A DNA stretch of 64,000 nucleotides, taken from assembly GCF_009914755.1 (NCBI RefSeq), contig NC_060936.1; one strand, given 5' to 3'. Below the pieces are notes generated by a model. It had not been told where the DNA came from. It worked only from the letters and a program-made list of their open reading frames with translations, and did not search any database. Within the stretch, counting starts at the first letter, position 1; every line of letters starts with the position of its first letter. Positions 43,369-61,179 of the stretch are shown piece after piece. This DNA comes from the human T2T-CHM13v2.0 reference genome, Homo sapiens. The position numbers were made by a program, and so were the translations under genes.

Positions 43369-46010
43369 TATTTTTAAAATAAATTTAGTATAGCCTAAGT
43401 GTACCATGTTTATAAAGTCTACAGTAATGTGCTGTAATGTTCTAGGCCTTGACCTTTACTCACCACTCACTGACTCACCCAGATCAACTTTCAGTCCTGC
43501 AAGCTCTATTCATGGTAAGTGCCCTAGGCAGGTGTTCCATTTTTTTCTTTTATACTGTATTTTTACTGTACCTTTTCTATGTTTAGATATGTTTCTACAT
43601 TTAGATACACAAATAGTTACTATTGTGTTACAATGGCCTACAGTGTTCAGTACAGTAACATACTGTATGGGTTTGTAGCCTAGAACCAATAGACTATACC
43701 ATATAACTTAGGTGTGTATTGGGCTACATTCTTTGGGTTTGTGTAGATACACTCTATGATATTGACACAACAACAAAATTTCCTAACAATGCATTTCTCA
43801 GAACATATCCCTGTTTTTAAGTAAGGCATAATTGTAAATTCCAGATCTAACAAACAACCTCTGCCCCCTTAAAAAAACAAAAAAGCAGAAAACATCACTG
43901 AGAGACATTAAATACCTCCCTTTAGGGAGACATATATCATTTTCATGGACTGGTAAATTCAATACTGCTAAGATGTTAGTTCTTCACGAATTGACCAATA
44001 GGTTCAATATAACTCCAGTTAAACTACTGGAAGGCTTTCTATTTTTGGGAGAGAGAGTAGGATTTGACAAACTCACTGTGAAATTTATATAGAAATATAA
44101 ATAAATAACCTAGAGAAATCAAACAATTTTGAAAACAATAAACAAAGTTGTAGGAATTCTACTATCTGAATTCAAGACTCAGCATAGAGCAACAGTTATT
44201 AAAATACAGTGTGATATTGGCTTAATGATAAACTTATAAATCAATGGAACAAAATAAAAAAAGGTCCAGAAATAGACCCACAAATATATGGCTCATTGAT
44301 CTTTAACAAACAAGCCAAAAGTTATTTAATGGAAAAGGATAGTCTTTTCACCAAATGATGCTAGAATAACTTGATATCTATATGGAATAAAAATGGACCT
44401 CAACCTTTACTTTATACCATAACAAAAAAAAATTCAAATGAATCATAGACCTAAAAATAAAGCAAAAACCATGTAAATCTAGAAGAAAACTAAGGAGAAT
44501 ATTTTTGTGAACTTGTGCTCTGCAAATATTTTTTTGAACATAAAAAAGCATGAATCCTAAAAGGAAAAATTGATATATTAGACTCTATCAACATTAGGAA
44601 CTCCTGTTGTTTGGAAGACACCATTTAAAAAGGGGGAAAGACCAGTTACAGATTGGAGGAAAACATTTCAATCTATATATTGTCCAAGTACTCCTTTATG
44701 AAATATATAAAGAAGTTATAATAATAACACAAGCAATTTAATTAGGAGTTAGAAAAAGTGCTCAAAATCTTTACAAAAGAAGGCTGGTGAATGGCCAGTA
44801 AACACATCAAAAGGTACTGAACATTCTGGAATTATCAGAAAATACAAATTAAAACCACAGTGAGATGCCACAATACACTCATGAGAAGGGTTAAAATTTA
44901 AAAGTGTTTTTATCGAACGTGGCAGAGAATATAGAGCACATGTAATTCTCATACATTACTGATAGGAAGGTGAAATGGTACACTTTGAAAAATAGTTTGA
45001 CAGTTTCTTAAGAAGTTAAATATGACCCAGCAATTCCACTCCTAGGTATTTACCCAACGGACGTGAAAATCCATATTTACACAAAGGTTGTACACAAGCA
45101 GCTTTGTAACAGACCAAAGTTAAAAGCAGCCAGAGGACTATCAATAAGTTAGTGGGTAAAAAAAATTGTGGCATATTCCTACAATTCAATACCACTCAGC
45201 AATTAATAAAAGAATGAAATGCTAAAATACTGATGAATAAAACAATGTGGATGAATGTCAAACATATTATTCTGAATAAAAGGAGCTAAACACCCAAAGT
45301 ACATACTTTATTATTCAATTTGTGAATTATAACAATGACAAATTAGTTTATAATGATTGAAAAATAAATCAGTGATTGCCTAGAGCAAGGGAGGGGAAGT
45401 AAAAGCTCACTGGAAAGGGACCCAAGCACATTTTTTGGGTGGTGAAATGTTTTATATCTTGATCGTGGTGGGAGTTACACAAACGTGTCCATTTTTCCTT
45501 GAACTGTATTCTTAAAATGAGTACATTTTATAGTATGTAACATATCTCAATAAACTGAGTTTTAAAAACTATTATTTGGCTGAACTAATGAAAAATTACA
45601 GATATTCAGCCAATTTTGACCTATAAAAACATCAGGTTTGCAGATGGTTTAATTTTATATTTTATGAATGAATGATATATTGTCTGTAATTAATTCAAAT
45701 TGAATTTTGAAAGAAGTTTTACCATGAGTAATATTTACATCATAATGTGGAGACTTTAAAAAATGGCAAATATATGCACCTCATCCCCGCATCTTGCTCC
45801 TTTAGGGATCATTGCTAGAAGGCCACTATTTTTGATAGGTAATTAGAGTAAGTCCAAAAAACAAAATCGGGGAGGAGCCAAGATAGCCAAATAGGAACAG
45901 CTCCGGTCTACAGCTCCCAGCATGAGCGATGCAGAAGACCGGTGATTTCCGCATTTCCATCTGAGGTACCGGGTTCATCTCACTAGGGAGTGCCAGACAG
46001 TGGGTGCAGG

Positions 46011-46319
46011 TCAGTGGGTGTGTGCACCATGCGCGAGCCGAAGCAGGGCGAGGCATTGCCTCACTCGGGAAGCGCAAGGGGTCAGGGAGTTCCCTTTCCT
46101 AGTCAAAGAAAGGGGTGACAGGCGGCACCTGGAAAATCGGGTCACTCCCACCCGAATACTGCGCTTTTCCGACGAGCTTAAAAAACGGCGCACCAGGAGA
46201 TTATATCCTGCACCTGGCTCAGAGGGTCCTATGCCCACAGAGTCTCGCTGATTGCTAGCACAGCAGTCTGAGATCACACTGCAAGGCAGCAGCGAGGCTG
46301 GGGGAGGGGTGCCCGCCAT
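46011..46319 (-). CDS. L1 antisense ORF0 (102 aa, open)
   Basis: MAGTPPPASLLPCSVISDCCASNQRDSVG...VGVTRFSRC matches primate L1 ORF0; strong Kozak GCA ATG G; expression unproven. Confidence 0.7.
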   Translation of the reverse strand: MAGTPPPASLLPCSVISDCCASNQRDSVGIGPSEPGAGYNLLVRRFLSSSEKRSIRVGVTRFSRCRLSPLSLTRKGNSLTPCASRVRQCLALLRLAHGAHTH

Positions 46320-46772
46320 TGCCCAGGCTTGCTTAGGTAAACAAAGCAGCCAGGAAGCTCAAACTGGGTGGAGCCCACCACAGCTCAAGGAGGCCTGCCT
46401 GCCTCTGTAGGCTCCACCACTGGGGGCAGGGCACAGACAAACAAAAAGACAGCAGTAACCTCTACAGACTTAAATGTCCCTGTCTGACAGCTTTGAAGAG
46501 AGCAGTGGTTCTCCCAGCACGCAGCTGGAGATCTGAGAACGGGCAGACTGCCTCCTCAAGTGGGTCCCTGACCCCTGATCCCCGAGCAGCCTAACTGGGA
46601 GGCACCCCAGCAGGGGCAGACTGACACCTCACACGGCCGGGTATTCCAACAGACCTGCAGCTGAGGGTCCTGTCTGTTAGAAGGAAAACTAACAAACAGA
46701 AAGGACATCCACACCAAAAACCCATCTGTACATCACCATCATCAAAGACCAAAAGTAGATAAAACCACAAAG

Positions 46773-47788
46773 ATGGGAAAAAACAGAGCAGAAAAACTGG
46801 AAACTCTAAAAAGCAGAGCACCTCTCCTCCTCCAAAGGAACGCAGCTCCTCACCAGCAATGGAACAAAGCTGGATGGAGAATGACTTTGACGAGCTGAGA
46901 GAAGAAGGCTTCAGACGATCAAATTACTCCGAGCTACGGGAGGACATTCAAACCAAAGGCAAAGAAGTTGAAAACTTCGAAAAAAATTTAGAAGAATGTA
47001 TAACTAGAATAACCAATACAGAGAAGTGCTTAAAGGAGCTGATGGAGCTGAAAACCAAGGCTCGAGAACTACGTGAACAATGCAGAAGCCCCAGGAGCTG
47101 ATGTGGTCAACTGGAAGAAAGGGTATCAGCGATGGAAGACGAAATGAATGAAATGAAGCGAGAAGGGAAGTTTACAGAAAAAAGAATAAAAAGAAATGAG
47201 CAAAGCCTCCAAGAAATATGGGACTATGTGAAAAGACCAAATCTACGTCTGATCGGTGTACCTGAAAGTGACAGGGAGAATGGAACCAAGTTGGAAAACA
47301 CTCTGCAGGATATTATCCAGGAGAACTTCCCCAATCTAGCAAGGCAGGCCAACATTCAGATTCAGGAAATACAGAGAACACCACAAAGATACTCCTCGAG
47401 AAGAGCAACTCCAAGACACATAATTGTCAGATTCACCAAAGTTGAAATGAAGGAAAAAATGTTAAGGGCAGCCAGAGAGAAAGGTCTGGTTACCTACAAA
47501 GGGAAGCCCATCAGATTAACAGCGGATCTCTCGGCAGAAACCCTACAAGCCAGAAGAAAGTAGGGGCCAATATTCAACATTCTTAAAGAAAAGAATTTTC
47601 AACCCAGAATTTCATATCCAGCCAAATTAAGCTTCATAAGTGAAAGAGAAATAAAATACTTTACAGATAAGCAAATGCTGAGAGATTTTGTCACCACCAG
47701 CCCTGCCTTAAAAGAGCTCCTGAAGGAAGCGCTAAACATGGAAAGGAACAACTGCTACCAGCCACTGCAAAATCATGCCAAAATGTAA
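46773..47788 (+). pseudogene. L1 ORF1p, disrupted
   Basis: 1-nt deletion just after ATG (span 1016 nt); stops ending at 47101 and 47563; fragments translate to ORF1p (EIWDYVKRPNLRLIGVPE). Confidence 0.93.
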
Positions 47789-47851
47789 AGACCATTGAGA
47801 CTAGGAAGAAACTGCATCAACTAACGAGCAAAATAACCAGCTAACATCATA

Positions 47852-51678
<3,827 letters not shown>

Positions 51679-52669
51679 ACAATGAGAACACATGGACACA
51701 GGAAGAGGAACATCACACTCTGGGGACTGTTGTGGGGTGGGGGGAGGGGGGAGGGATGGCATTGGGAGATATACCTAATGCTAGATGACGAGTTAGTGGG
51801 TGCAGCGCACCAGCAAGGCAGATGTATACATATGTAACTAACCTGCACTTTGTGCACATGTACCCTAAAACTTAAAGTATAATAATAATAAATTTTAAAA
51901 AAATCATTGGATTCTATATTGTTGTAAGTTTTAGGATATTTTGTACTCAATCATATTTGATCAACTCTAACGAAGAGTGGTATAGTTCCACCTAACACAA
52001 GTTTCACTCAATAAACATAATGTCCTCAGAAATATTTTGGAAGATAGTTTTTAAATATGATAATAATTTTACAAGTCAAAAATATGTTTTTTCTTTTTAA
52101 TGGGAAGCTAGAAATATTAATTTCTTAGAATGAAGACAATCTTTAGAAAACTTTAACAAGAGTGAGAAAAAGCATTTGAAAATCAAAGTCAATTTCAACT
52201 CCTTGTCGTTAAATGAAACACTATCACTTGCCTAATTTGGAAATCTTATTTTTGAAAAAAAAAATCAATAAATTTCCAGACACAATTAGCCAATTCAAAA
52301 TATCGGCATAAAATTCTTGTTTCTCATATTGTTTTTTTCAGTACATGTTCAAGTTTCTATTTCAGAATGATTAAGAAATTGACTGTGGTCAAGGGGTCCT
52401 TCTAGGAAAAAGCACTTATCTAATCTTTATTATTAGAAAAATAGAATAAGGATTAAAGAGCAGGAAACTATGACATCGACATCTGGATGAGAAAGGACAA
52501 CATATTCAACCTTCATTCTCATTTTTTTCTAAATATATTCCTCGATGACATCCAAATGGTTAGGTCAATTGTTAAGAAACAGTTGGTTTCTAAAGGGCAA
52601 GCCACGTTGTTTGGTAAGTACTGATGCATACAGACACTAGAAGCATTTTGGGTAAAACTGGTCTTTTTG

Positions 52670-52830
52670 TGGGATTGCCAAATAAAATACAATATGGCCA
52701 GTTAAAATTGAATTTCAGATACATTTTTCTTGTATAGTATATATTCCACACAATGTTTGTTGATTATACTAAAAATTACCTGTTATTCATTTAAAACCAA
52801 AATTAACTGGGTATCTTATACTTTCATGAG
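52670..52830. mobile_element. MER3/MER33-type hAT MITE
   Basis: aataaaatacaatatggccagttaaaattgaatttcagata ... aaattaactgggtatctta. Confidence 0.55.
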
Positions 52831-55800
52831 CTAAATATGTACATACTATCTCTTGGTCTTATAGTGATTAATATAATTCAGTGAGATAATAGTCCATAAT
52901 CTATTAGGTATCATAAAATTTGCTTAACATGTTCCAAACTTGAAAGAAGATTGAACTAGCTAGCGAGATTCCTTTCTTGTCTTTTGGTTAAATTGTCAAT
53001 GTTGCTTTCTGAGCAATTAATGTTACTCAAATATTGTATACTTGAAAAATAAGCAATTAAGTAATAAAACTCATTTGTATATGGAGAAATATCCAACACC
53101 CTATTACTTTGGTAAAGACAGTAATGCTTCTGGTTGTATACGGTCCAGCTTCCAGAGAGGAAAGAATGGCTTCTCTGAGAAAGGTTGACAGGAACTACAT
53201 TTTCATTTCCTTTGGAAAATTCCCCATGCTTTTGGCTCTGTGTCCTGTGTATACACGCACAAACACACATTTCCTTTCTGGTTTTTTTTCCTGCTTATTT
53301 CTATTGCAATATAGTTTCATGTTGTTTTTATCTGAAAGAAGAAATTGGAAGGTAACATCCAGGCATGAAGATTTGGTGTTTACTTGAACCATTTCATTAA
53401 TGTTTCCAAGTTGAGTGGTTTCCATGTTTCCCAAAGGTTTTCACCCCTTAAAAGCTGATGGATGGGCTGACAGAGCCTTCCAGGCTTGGGCTGGTGTAAT
53501 GTGAGCTCAGTGCCTGGAAACAATAAAGCAGCAATTTTCTGAGAGATTTACCTGCAGAAGAGCCAGGAATATAAAAGCATTTTCAGTTACCCACCCTAAG
53601 TCTCTTATTTTCTCTTAGTCCCAAGAGGGGTTTGAGAGGACTGTATCCTGTCAGGTTAATTGAGGGTGACATTAAAGGTAATCTCAGCAGCTGCCACTGT
53701 AATGGCTCAGAGGGAAAGACCAGTGGAGCAAGTGGAGTCTTCATGATGGGAACAACAGAAGCAAAGATTGCAGGGGTTGGGAAATGTCAGAGCCTTTCTC
53801 TTAAATGCTGGATGGTGGCATCCAGTTGACATTTGACAAGCAATGGTTCTAGCTCCAGTAGGGGCTATGAGCCAAGTGAAGGCTTCACCTGAGTTTGGTC
53901 CATCAGGACTGAGCCAGACTGTCTAAAATTCTTGTTGGATGTAGTCCCCAACACTGCATTCTCAGAGGACTGTACCTTGAAACTGGTCTTTTTATGTCAC
54001 AGAGCAGGAAGGGGTGTGTGTGCTGGATTCAGTGCCCTAAAGAGAGTTCAGGGGTAAGGAGGTCTGGACTAAAGTGATGTGAGCTGGCACCAGCAGGACC
54101 TTAGCTCTCCACCTCAGGGTTGTAACAGGGATCAATTAACCTTAACCTTAAAGAAGCCCAGGTTCAGGGTGTCCCATTCAAATTCACAGTCCATCAGATA
54201 CTTCTGATTTAAAATGCTAGGACCATGACAATTCTGCCTATTATTGCCATTTATTTGGTAATCTAATAATCATGTAACAATTCACTTCCAGGTTCACCTA
54301 GTAATCCATAACTCCTCCAAATGTTAAATAACAATAAACTTAAAATAAGCTTTCTGGATGGCCCAAGAAAATTATGTTGGAAAAATCTCATTTAATGGAC
54401 TTTTGGGCTCTCACAAGGAAATGACTTATTTTTTCAAGAGTTTAGAAAGCTGACGTGAGGCTAACTTAGAAGACGTTGTGATGTGATAGAGAAATTGGCT
54501 GTGTCTTATTGCTCTACAGGGGAGAGGACATCACTAAAGAGGGAAAGAAGGTCATTAGTTTGGGAGGCCTGAGCTCCATTTATATCAGAGGAAGGTTAGG
54601 AGCCTCTGATAAACTCACACTCAATTTGCCACAGTAGAGAGGGGTTGAGAGGGAGACGTTCAGCCAGACCTAGAGGAGGGACTTGCATGTTCCTGAAACT
54701 GGAGGAAACAGATGGTTGCAACCAGGCCTTTTTAAGTCACAGGTTTTCACTGGTGAACACTTACATTTTTTCAATTCCACGTGGTGCGTCAGGAGGTCAT
54801 AGGACATGGAAGGGGTGGCACATGGATGCCAGCAAAAGGAACTCAAAATGCTACAGCCTTGAAAGCTTTAGCAGGTCAGTGGTCAAGCCGTGTGGTGACA
54901 GAAGCAGCAGATGCCACAGGCAGCAGGACTGTGACTATGGCACACACCTATCTTAGAATGGAAGTATGGGCCAGAGAGGACCCCAATCGACACACTATTC
55001 AGTCTTTCATACTGATGCTGGACCTGTACCTCTGGCCTTGGCCTAATTATTGGCCTCAAAGGAGCAAAATGTTGGACACCATCAACCTTGCCTTGTTGAA
55101 AACAGTAATGAGAAGCCCATCTGGAGCCATCTTTCCAGCCAGAGCTAGAAGTCAGAGGACAGGCTGGCCACCACACAGAGGCAGAGTGGTTTTTCAGAGG
55201 CTCTGGCTGGGTGTCAGGAGCTTTGGGAAGCTTATCTCCACTGGCCAAATGTCATGAGGTCTTTCCAGGGAGAAGCTCTGATTGTTCTGGCTCCATCTCC
55301 CATCTTTGTCTAACCTTCCTGGCATCATCTCCAGGCCTCTGCTGGCAGTGGTGCTTTCCGGACTCATTGCTCCATTTAAATGACTTCCAGATGGTGATTT
55401 TCTGTTTCGAGGATGAGTGAACATTTCCATAAGTTGCATCTCATTTTACTAATATCACTAATTTCTTTGCTTTCTTGCATCCAATCAATCCATCATTCCA
55501 CTTTATCTGTGGATTTCATTAATGAGCCATTGACTTCCTCTTCCAGATCATTAGTGAAGATGTCCAATTCTGACCAGATCTAATACCAATTCCCATGGCT
55601 CATTGCTGGCTGCCCCAACAGCTCCTGGAGGAGGCATTCATCAGTCTCATACTGTGACTTCATTATCTCAAACCAATTTTAACCCATTTTGCAGGAAACA
55701 CTTCTTAGGATGTTGTAAAACTTAATGTTTTCCCAAGGAACTCCTAATTTTAATAGGACCAGAGCAGATGGCCACATGATATAGTGTAATATACCTAGCC

Positions 55801-57058
55801 ATGAAATTCCAGGCTCCACTAACCAGAGTGTAGGCTCATTCATTCTTTCGTTTTTTTCTACAGAAGAACAAAAGAAGGATTACACCCCTCTGCTATAATC
55901 CACTATGCTTTTTATGCTTTTCCAGCACCACACTTTTCTATTGATTTGCCCTTTCTGTTTGACAGAAGCTTTCACTTACAGTCCATCTTCTTGGTTACTC
56001 TTGGGGTACTTTACACAAATCAGCAGGTTACTGAATGGCTGGGAAGCTTACACAGGTGGCTAAAATTTAAGTTTAGAATAGATGATGTTCTCAACGGCTT
56101 GGAGAACAGGGTCTCCTGGGCTTTCCTGACTTTTCTTTACTCACTCTTGGTACAAATCAGGTTCTAATTATGTGAACTGAATCAAAGAAAATGATCTGGG
56201 ATCAGCTTAATTTTTTTTTTATGTTTAGCCCTAAGTGCTTGGTACACAAAGTGACACGTTTCAGGCATAGCTCAACACCGATATTTTCTTCTTGGCTGTG
56301 AAATTTCCTTCTGAAATTAAAAAAAAGTACTTTTCTTCCCTCTATTAAAATAATTTTTTCTTTTGTGAAAGGAGAATAAAAATTGTATGTCTATTATCAT
56401 TATAACTTGTACAAAACTGAAAAGAAAACTAAAAAAAATGAAATGTTTGGTTTGTTGGAGTGGTAAAATTGAAGATACATTATTCTTTATTATACCCTTG
56501 TTTAATACAATTGAAGTAATTTAATCTGTAGTATATTCTTATATAGTCAGGTTATAAGTGTTTTTTTTCAAAGCTATTAAGAAAATAAGTATTCAAAATC
56601 TTTGGGGGAAACAATTTCTTTCTGCTTGAGTCCAAGTTAAAATGGATCTCCCAATAGCTGAGTGAAGTAGCATTTTCTGAGCAACACTGTTAAACGTTCC
56701 CCAGGCAAAAGGATCTCAGATGTTCGTTTCATCAATTCATGCTACACAGCATGTGGGTTATGGCATATAACTCAAAACTATTCAGGAAGGTAAGATGCCA
56801 CTGGATCTTTGCATGCACGTTTAAGTTTTAGTGATGGTTATTTGACTTTGCATTGTAATATAGTGTGGCATAGCATAGCATGGCAGAACAAATATATAGC
56901 ATAGTAGTCAGAACGCTAACTTTGGAAACAACAGAGCTTCAAATCTGGTCCTTCTACATATTAACTGTATGATCTTGGGAATATCATTTAATCTCTCTGA
57001 GCTCCAGTTTTACCCTCTGAAAATGTGATAATGCTACTTAACAATTATTGTAAGGGTT

Positions 57059-57097
57059 AAGTCAATCAGGGTTCTCCAGAGAAACAGGAGCAACAGG

Positions 57098-57135
<38 letters not shown>

Positions 57136-57499
57136 CAGAGAGAGAGAGAGAATATATATGGGGGTGCAGATTTTAAGGAATTGGCTCACATGATTGTGGA
57201 GGCTGGCAAATCCTAAATCTTCAGGGTAGACTGGCAGACTGGAGACTCAGAATTTTTGCAGTTGGAGTCTGAAGGCAGTCTGCTGGCAGAATTTCTTCTT
57301 TCTTGGGGAAGATCAGTCTTTATTCTCTTCAGGCCTCCAATTGATTGGATGAGGTCCACCCACATCGTGGAGGGTAAACTGATTTACTCGAAGTCCACTG
57401 ATTTAAATGCAATTAACATTTAACCTTCACAGAAACATCCAGAAACTGCTTAACCATAGCCCAGCCAAGTAGCCAGGTTGACATAAGTTAACCATCACA
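57059..57499 (-). mobile_element. MLT2 (ERVL) LTR with internal (GT)n(GA)n microsatellite, inserted in a MIR (~56860-57555)
   Basis: cagggttctccagagaaacag...aaggaattggctcacatgattgtggaggctggcaa...ttgacataagttaaccatcaca. Confidence 0.85.
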
Positions 57500-57992
57500 G
57501 TGAAGTCAGGTTTGTAAGGCAGGAGAGGCTGACAGTAGTAAGCATTCAATAAAATCATCTCATGAGTTTCTGTATCCCAGAGGCACAGGGGATGAGGATG
57601 AAATTGTTGGATTTTAGAGAATTTCTTTGCTGAAAGTTTGTGATTTGGATTGCCGGGCTTATAGCTAAGAAATGGTGGTGTGATTGCCAATTCACTCCTC
57701 AAGACTAGAGTTGTAAGTAATCCCGGAAATTGGCTACTCCACTTCATAAAGAAAAAAGAAGACACTGGAAGGATATGGAGTTAGAAACCCCCACATCACT
57801 GCTGAGAAACAGAAGACAAGATACTTAGGGGGATTCATATAAGTGATCGCTAGCTATACTCTCTTAGCTCTGGAGTAATGCAAAGTCAACACTGCAGCAA
57901 GAAATTAGGGCATACCCTTCATTTTGTATTTTTTCTTCTAAACCATTCACTAAGTGAAGAACCAGATATTCTAAATGATATGCCCCCCTGCT

Positions 57993-59588
<1,596 letters not shown>

Positions 59589-61179
59589 GTTATAAATGCA
59601 AAAAGCTATTGTTTACCAACCTAGGTCCACCTCTAAGACTGCTCCCATTCTTCTTGGCATATTAGACATATTACAAATGTACCTATGTGCTCCCTCTCTT
59701 ATATTCAGGCCACACAACCATAGTGTTTTCTACTGTCCTTAGGTGTTGATTGCTATTCTTCATGATCTTGGTTACCATCATTTTAAAATACAGGTGGCCC
59801 TCATTTGGTGCTATAGGTGGCTATTCTTGTAGCTTAATTGGAAATTCTTATGGAATCTTTCATATAATAAATAAATCCCTTACATTATACATATAAACTC
59901 TTAAAAAAAATAAACTTATGGATATTGGCCACGCAAAAAAAAAAAAAACAAAAGTAGAGAAAAGAGAGAACTAGAATAAAAATGTAAATGTACTGATTAA
60001 TACTGTGGGGAATAAGCTTTTAAGACATTAAAGTTTCCTACAAGTAAATTCAACACAAATTTTATTCTGACTTTACTCCCAATAATGACCTTGCCTGGAT
60101 CTGATAAGTTTCAGACTTAGAAGTGAACAGTAAAGACATTTGCATCCTTACACATGCCCCCTGACAAATAAAACAATCTATAAAAGCACAGACAGTGCTA
60201 CTCAATAGTACACAGGCACTGGAAGTAAAATAGATTGCAGGTATTATAGATGTAAGATTAATTTTAAAATGTTTTGAAAATGAGCTTTAATTAAAATTGC
60301 ACTGAAATGGAGACAGATTCACTGATTGAATGCTTCCTATTGGCAATATTTTTCTCCTTCCATTGGAAAATGTCCTAAGCCAAGTTTCCTCTCTTGTGAC
60401 ATAAAGAAAATAATGTGATCTGTCCTCTTTCCAGAGAAGTTGTGATTGTCACATACTGCAAGATATGTGAAAACATTTTGAAAAATGAAGTGTTGTAAGT
60501 TGAGTTATTATTCTTAGTATTAAAAAGAAGAGAGGAGTAATAGGGTGGAAAATGGGAAGAGAAAGATCTTTAGAATCAACCAATGTGAAGGCTGAATATT
60601 AATGGCATTTCTCTCCTTGTGCAATGGTGAGAAATTCCCTTCACTCCTCTAAGCAAAAATGTCAGTCTTTATACACTGACATTTCCAGGTGTGCATATGC
60701 TTATAAAGTGTGTAAATGTGTATGCATGAATATGTCAAAGGAAGGGAGAGATAAAAGTCCTGTTCTAGTAGTACATTGAATGGAAGCATACCATTTAACA
60801 CACAAGATGCTAAAAATAAAGTTTTCATTTTTCAGGGCCAAGAATAAAATCCTTTGTGGAGGTAAGTTCAAATGAGTCAGGAAAGTGGGGAAAGAATGAG
60901 GGAGAAAAGCTGGGATAGGCTGAGTTTAGACTAGGAGTGAAACATGAAAGAGGTTTCAGGTCAAAAGCTTAAATTCACAGAGGTAAGCTCCCGTCATCTC
61001 AGTAGGAGACAGATCTCAGAGCAGAGCAAAACTGTTAGAGCATGAGTCTTTCCCAAACAAATCTCAGAACTAAAGCATAAAACAAAAACAGAGGTAAAGT
61101 TCTAATGACTTCTAGGACTCACTCTGGAAGCCAAGAAAACGTATTCCTGGGTCTGATAAGTCCATAATGCATACTTCTT

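Noticed and set aside
46211-46214. ORF0 first donor as an in-frame fusion to TMTC1 exon 2
   Set aside because: Phase 1 (106 nt) gives G|GC TAA, an immediate stop; it could only yield Met109 reinitiation.
54645-55439. Cluster of 100-158 aa ORFs
   Set aside because: No recognisable domain or splice structure; the region looks like decayed ancient LINE sequence.
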